A stretch of 64,000 nt of DNA, taken from Calcarisporiella thermophila CBS 279.70 (taxonomy: Eukaryota > Fungi > Calcarisporiellomycota). The stretch lies in assembly GCF_041956535.1 (NCBI RefSeq), contig NW_027192197.1, forward strand, positions 827,647 to 891,646. Direction: 5' to 3'. The notes beneath the pieces were generated by a model that had not been told where the DNA came from, did not search any database, and worked only from the letters and a program-made list of their open reading frames with translations. Position numbers and translations under genes: made by a program. Positions 61,666-64,000 of the stretch are shown here, in pieces. Position 1 is the stretch's first letter; each line of letters opens with the position of its first letter.

Positions 61666-61998
61666 AAGGGGTTGCGTTCAAGCTGTGCAAAGAAAACAAA
61701 CTGTCTCCATTTGCGTGTATGGTCCTGCAAGTGGTTATAATGCTCGGATGTTCCGTCTGCTCTCCGGGCAATATCCACTTGGGGAGAGGGCGCATTCTGC
61801 GAGTGGTGAAGGCGACGGATAGAAGGAGTATTTTCAGACTCTGTTACCCCTTACCATGCATGCATGCATACGCCAGCTCAGTGCCCGATGTATTTCTTTT
61901 GAAGCAGGGGAATAGTCTTTGTGAGGGAATGGTTTTTGAAAAGACACATTTCAAAATGCAAGGGGTGAGCTAGAGCCCTTATAAATACGGGAGAGGGG
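61666..61998 (+). promoter_or_regulatory. HSP12 promoter: TATA box plus STRE-like AGGGG motifs
   Basis: TATAAATA at about 61980. AGGGG at about 61666, 61906, 61961 and 61993. Confidence 0.5.
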
Positions 61999-62073
61999 CT
62001 TTAAGCACCCACATCAACTCTTCCAACCCATTTTTCACCCTATCTCAAAGAGAAAACCCCAAACCTATCTAAA

Positions 62074-62337
62074 ATGTCTGACACTGGACGCAAAGGATTC
62101 ATGGAGCAGGCCAAGGAGAAGATGACTCCAGAGGACCAAAAGTCCACCGGCCAAAAAATAAGTGAGTCGGTTTCGGGCGCAGCCGACAGGATGGCGGCGG
62201 GAGTTACCCCCGAAAGCCAGAAATCGTACGGCCAGCAGGCGGCGGATTCAGCGCGCGGTGGAGCCGACCGTACCAGGGAGCAAGGCTCCTCGATGCTTGA
62301 CAAAGCGAAAGACGCTCTTGGCATGAACAAAAAGTGA
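62074..62337 (+). CDS. HSP12: Hsp12/Hsp9 small heat-shock (LEA-like) protein
   Basis: MSDTGRKGFMEQAKEKMTPEDQKS..ADRMAAGVTPESQKS matches the Hsp9/Hsp12 pattern. Confidence 0.9.
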   Translation: MSDTGRKGFMEQAKEKMTPEDQKSTGQKISESVSGAADRMAAGVTPESQKSYGQQAADSARGGADRTREQGSSMLDKAKDALGMNKK

Positions 62338-62910
62338 TCTTGAGCTCTCCCAAAGTCATGTTCCCAACCTGGGGATCTCCCCTCTAAAGCATTGTGATAG
62401 CGCTTTCACTTGTCAATAAATAAGGATTTAAAAAAAAAACCATCCAATTCCAAATTTCTGGTTATGTTTGGTCAACACACAAAACTATATTTATTCCGCA
62501 TACTGATAAAATGAACAATTATTCTATCTATACGTCAAATGCAACGTAGAGAATCAGCTTTTCTTTGGCAGCGTTTTACTTTGCATGGAGATACTTGTAA
62601 GTCTTATGGGAGCATCTTTTAGCGGCGAATTTTCTCAACCATCCCTATGGTTCTAGGAAGAAAAGCATTATAGCCATCCTATCTTCTCGAAGCCTTGTCT
62701 TTTCTGCCCAGCTTTAAATTCTTATATATAAACAATGGCTTGTCCTTCAAAACAGCAAAGCCAGCTTACCACTCTATTCTGCCGAATTAAGTTCGCCCGC
62801 CTCACCTCTACCGATTTCTAAAAATACCAAGAAATTCCAATCTTTTTTTTTTAATTTTCATTTTTTTGTCCTTCTCAACGATCATTGTAAAATTCAATTG
62901 CATTCATCCA

Positions 62911-64000
62911 ATGTTCTCATTACCAAAAGCTTTCAAAGGCTCATCTCAAGCCAACAATGCAATACTTGAAAACGATGCATTTGCCGACTTTCCTTCTGTC
63001 GCCAAGTCCGAGGTAACCTTACTTAATTTCTATGAACAATTCATCCAACAAACTAACTAATGTGGTCATTGGGTGGACAGAATATTGCCCAATTACAAGA
63101 ATACATTGTAAGAATCCACAAAGCACACTACGAAAATGTAAATATCCAATCCTATCCCTAGTACAGCCTCAGAAATTTTAATCTTTCTTTACTTTTTTAC
63201 TCCACTCAAGTCTATCGCACTTCGCGACGCGTACGGAAAGATAGAATCCCTCACCAATGAGAATAGAGAGCAGAAGACAAACATACTTGATCTAACTGAT
63301 GAGAATTCAGAGCTCCGACGTGAGATGAAGCGTCTAGCGCGACAGAGTACGGACTTGGAAGACGTTTTTTCAGTGTGGCAATCCAAACTTGTGGAACAGG
63401 CGCAGCATGATAGAGCATTGCTCAATGAGGAGCATTTAGCAGAACGTGAGCGGCTTAAAAATAAGGTGAGTTTTGACGATGGGGCCCAGTAGGTGCCTGC
63501 AATTTACCCATCGCCTGTGAATGTTCGATGTTAGGTAGCGGAATTGGAGGAGGCTTTGCACATCGCCAACGATGAGATCCATCGACAAAGAATCCTCCTT
63601 AATGAGCACACTGCATCCGAGCGAGCCACTTCCCCCACTGCGCCCTCTTTCTCGTCTTTTTCAACCGCTCCAACGGAGGACCCTCCCAAACAGGAAAATG
63701 GGTCCGTTCCTTCCTATCCCCTTGAGAAACAAATTATCGACATCACCGAAAAGCGCGTCTCATTGCAGTTTGAGTTGGAGAAGGCTGAGGAGGAGAATGA
63801 CGTGCTCAAGGTACAAAGCTTTGTTGAGTTGAATAGCTCTCGTATGTTTTAACTCTCCTCTGTATTTTGTTTGGCCCGCTTAGTTGAAATACTTGCAGGC
63901 CCAGGAGCTCATCAACACTCTGAAAAACGAAAACAAGAGACTCAAGGAGCAGCTGCTAACAATAGAGGTGAACCGATCGATGGAGTCCATCAAGCTCGAC
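62911..64000 (+). CDS. Coiled-coil protein, multi-exon, truncated by the window end
   Basis: ATG at 62911, successive GT-AG-bounded exons encoding heptad-rich sequence, and an open frame at 64000. Confidence 0.6.

Overview
Intron-rich eukaryotic DNA, most consistent with an early-diverging fungus (short GT-AG introns, fungal SHO1/MET10/HSP12-type genes); the taxon is inferred. The window holds about 23 protein-coding genes, 2 tRNA genes, a Tc1/mariner relic, a tRNA-derived SINE family and a 663-nt N gap. Several genes (AIM24, APT1, SHO1, CDC45) only appear after manual splicing. The main finding is that CDC45 has no stop at the normal end of the Cdc45 fold. It continues through two phase-consistent introns into a ~247-aa disordered tail with 10 S/T-P sites and a paired VPQTP...VVQETPKK motif. 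This resembles the Dpb11/TopBP1-binding C-terminus of Sld3/Treslin and suggests a natural Cdc45-Sld3 fusion. Second, a complete tRNA-headed, poly(A)-tailed SINE with a 16-bp target-site duplication, plus related copies, sits only upstream of the two tRNA genes and always head-to-head with them, which suggests Pol III-targeted retrotransposition. Also notable are a 26-aa Cys-rich micropeptide next to MET10 and an F-box-JmjC-APH-kinase fusion protein. All gene models were spliced by eye and no database searches were run.
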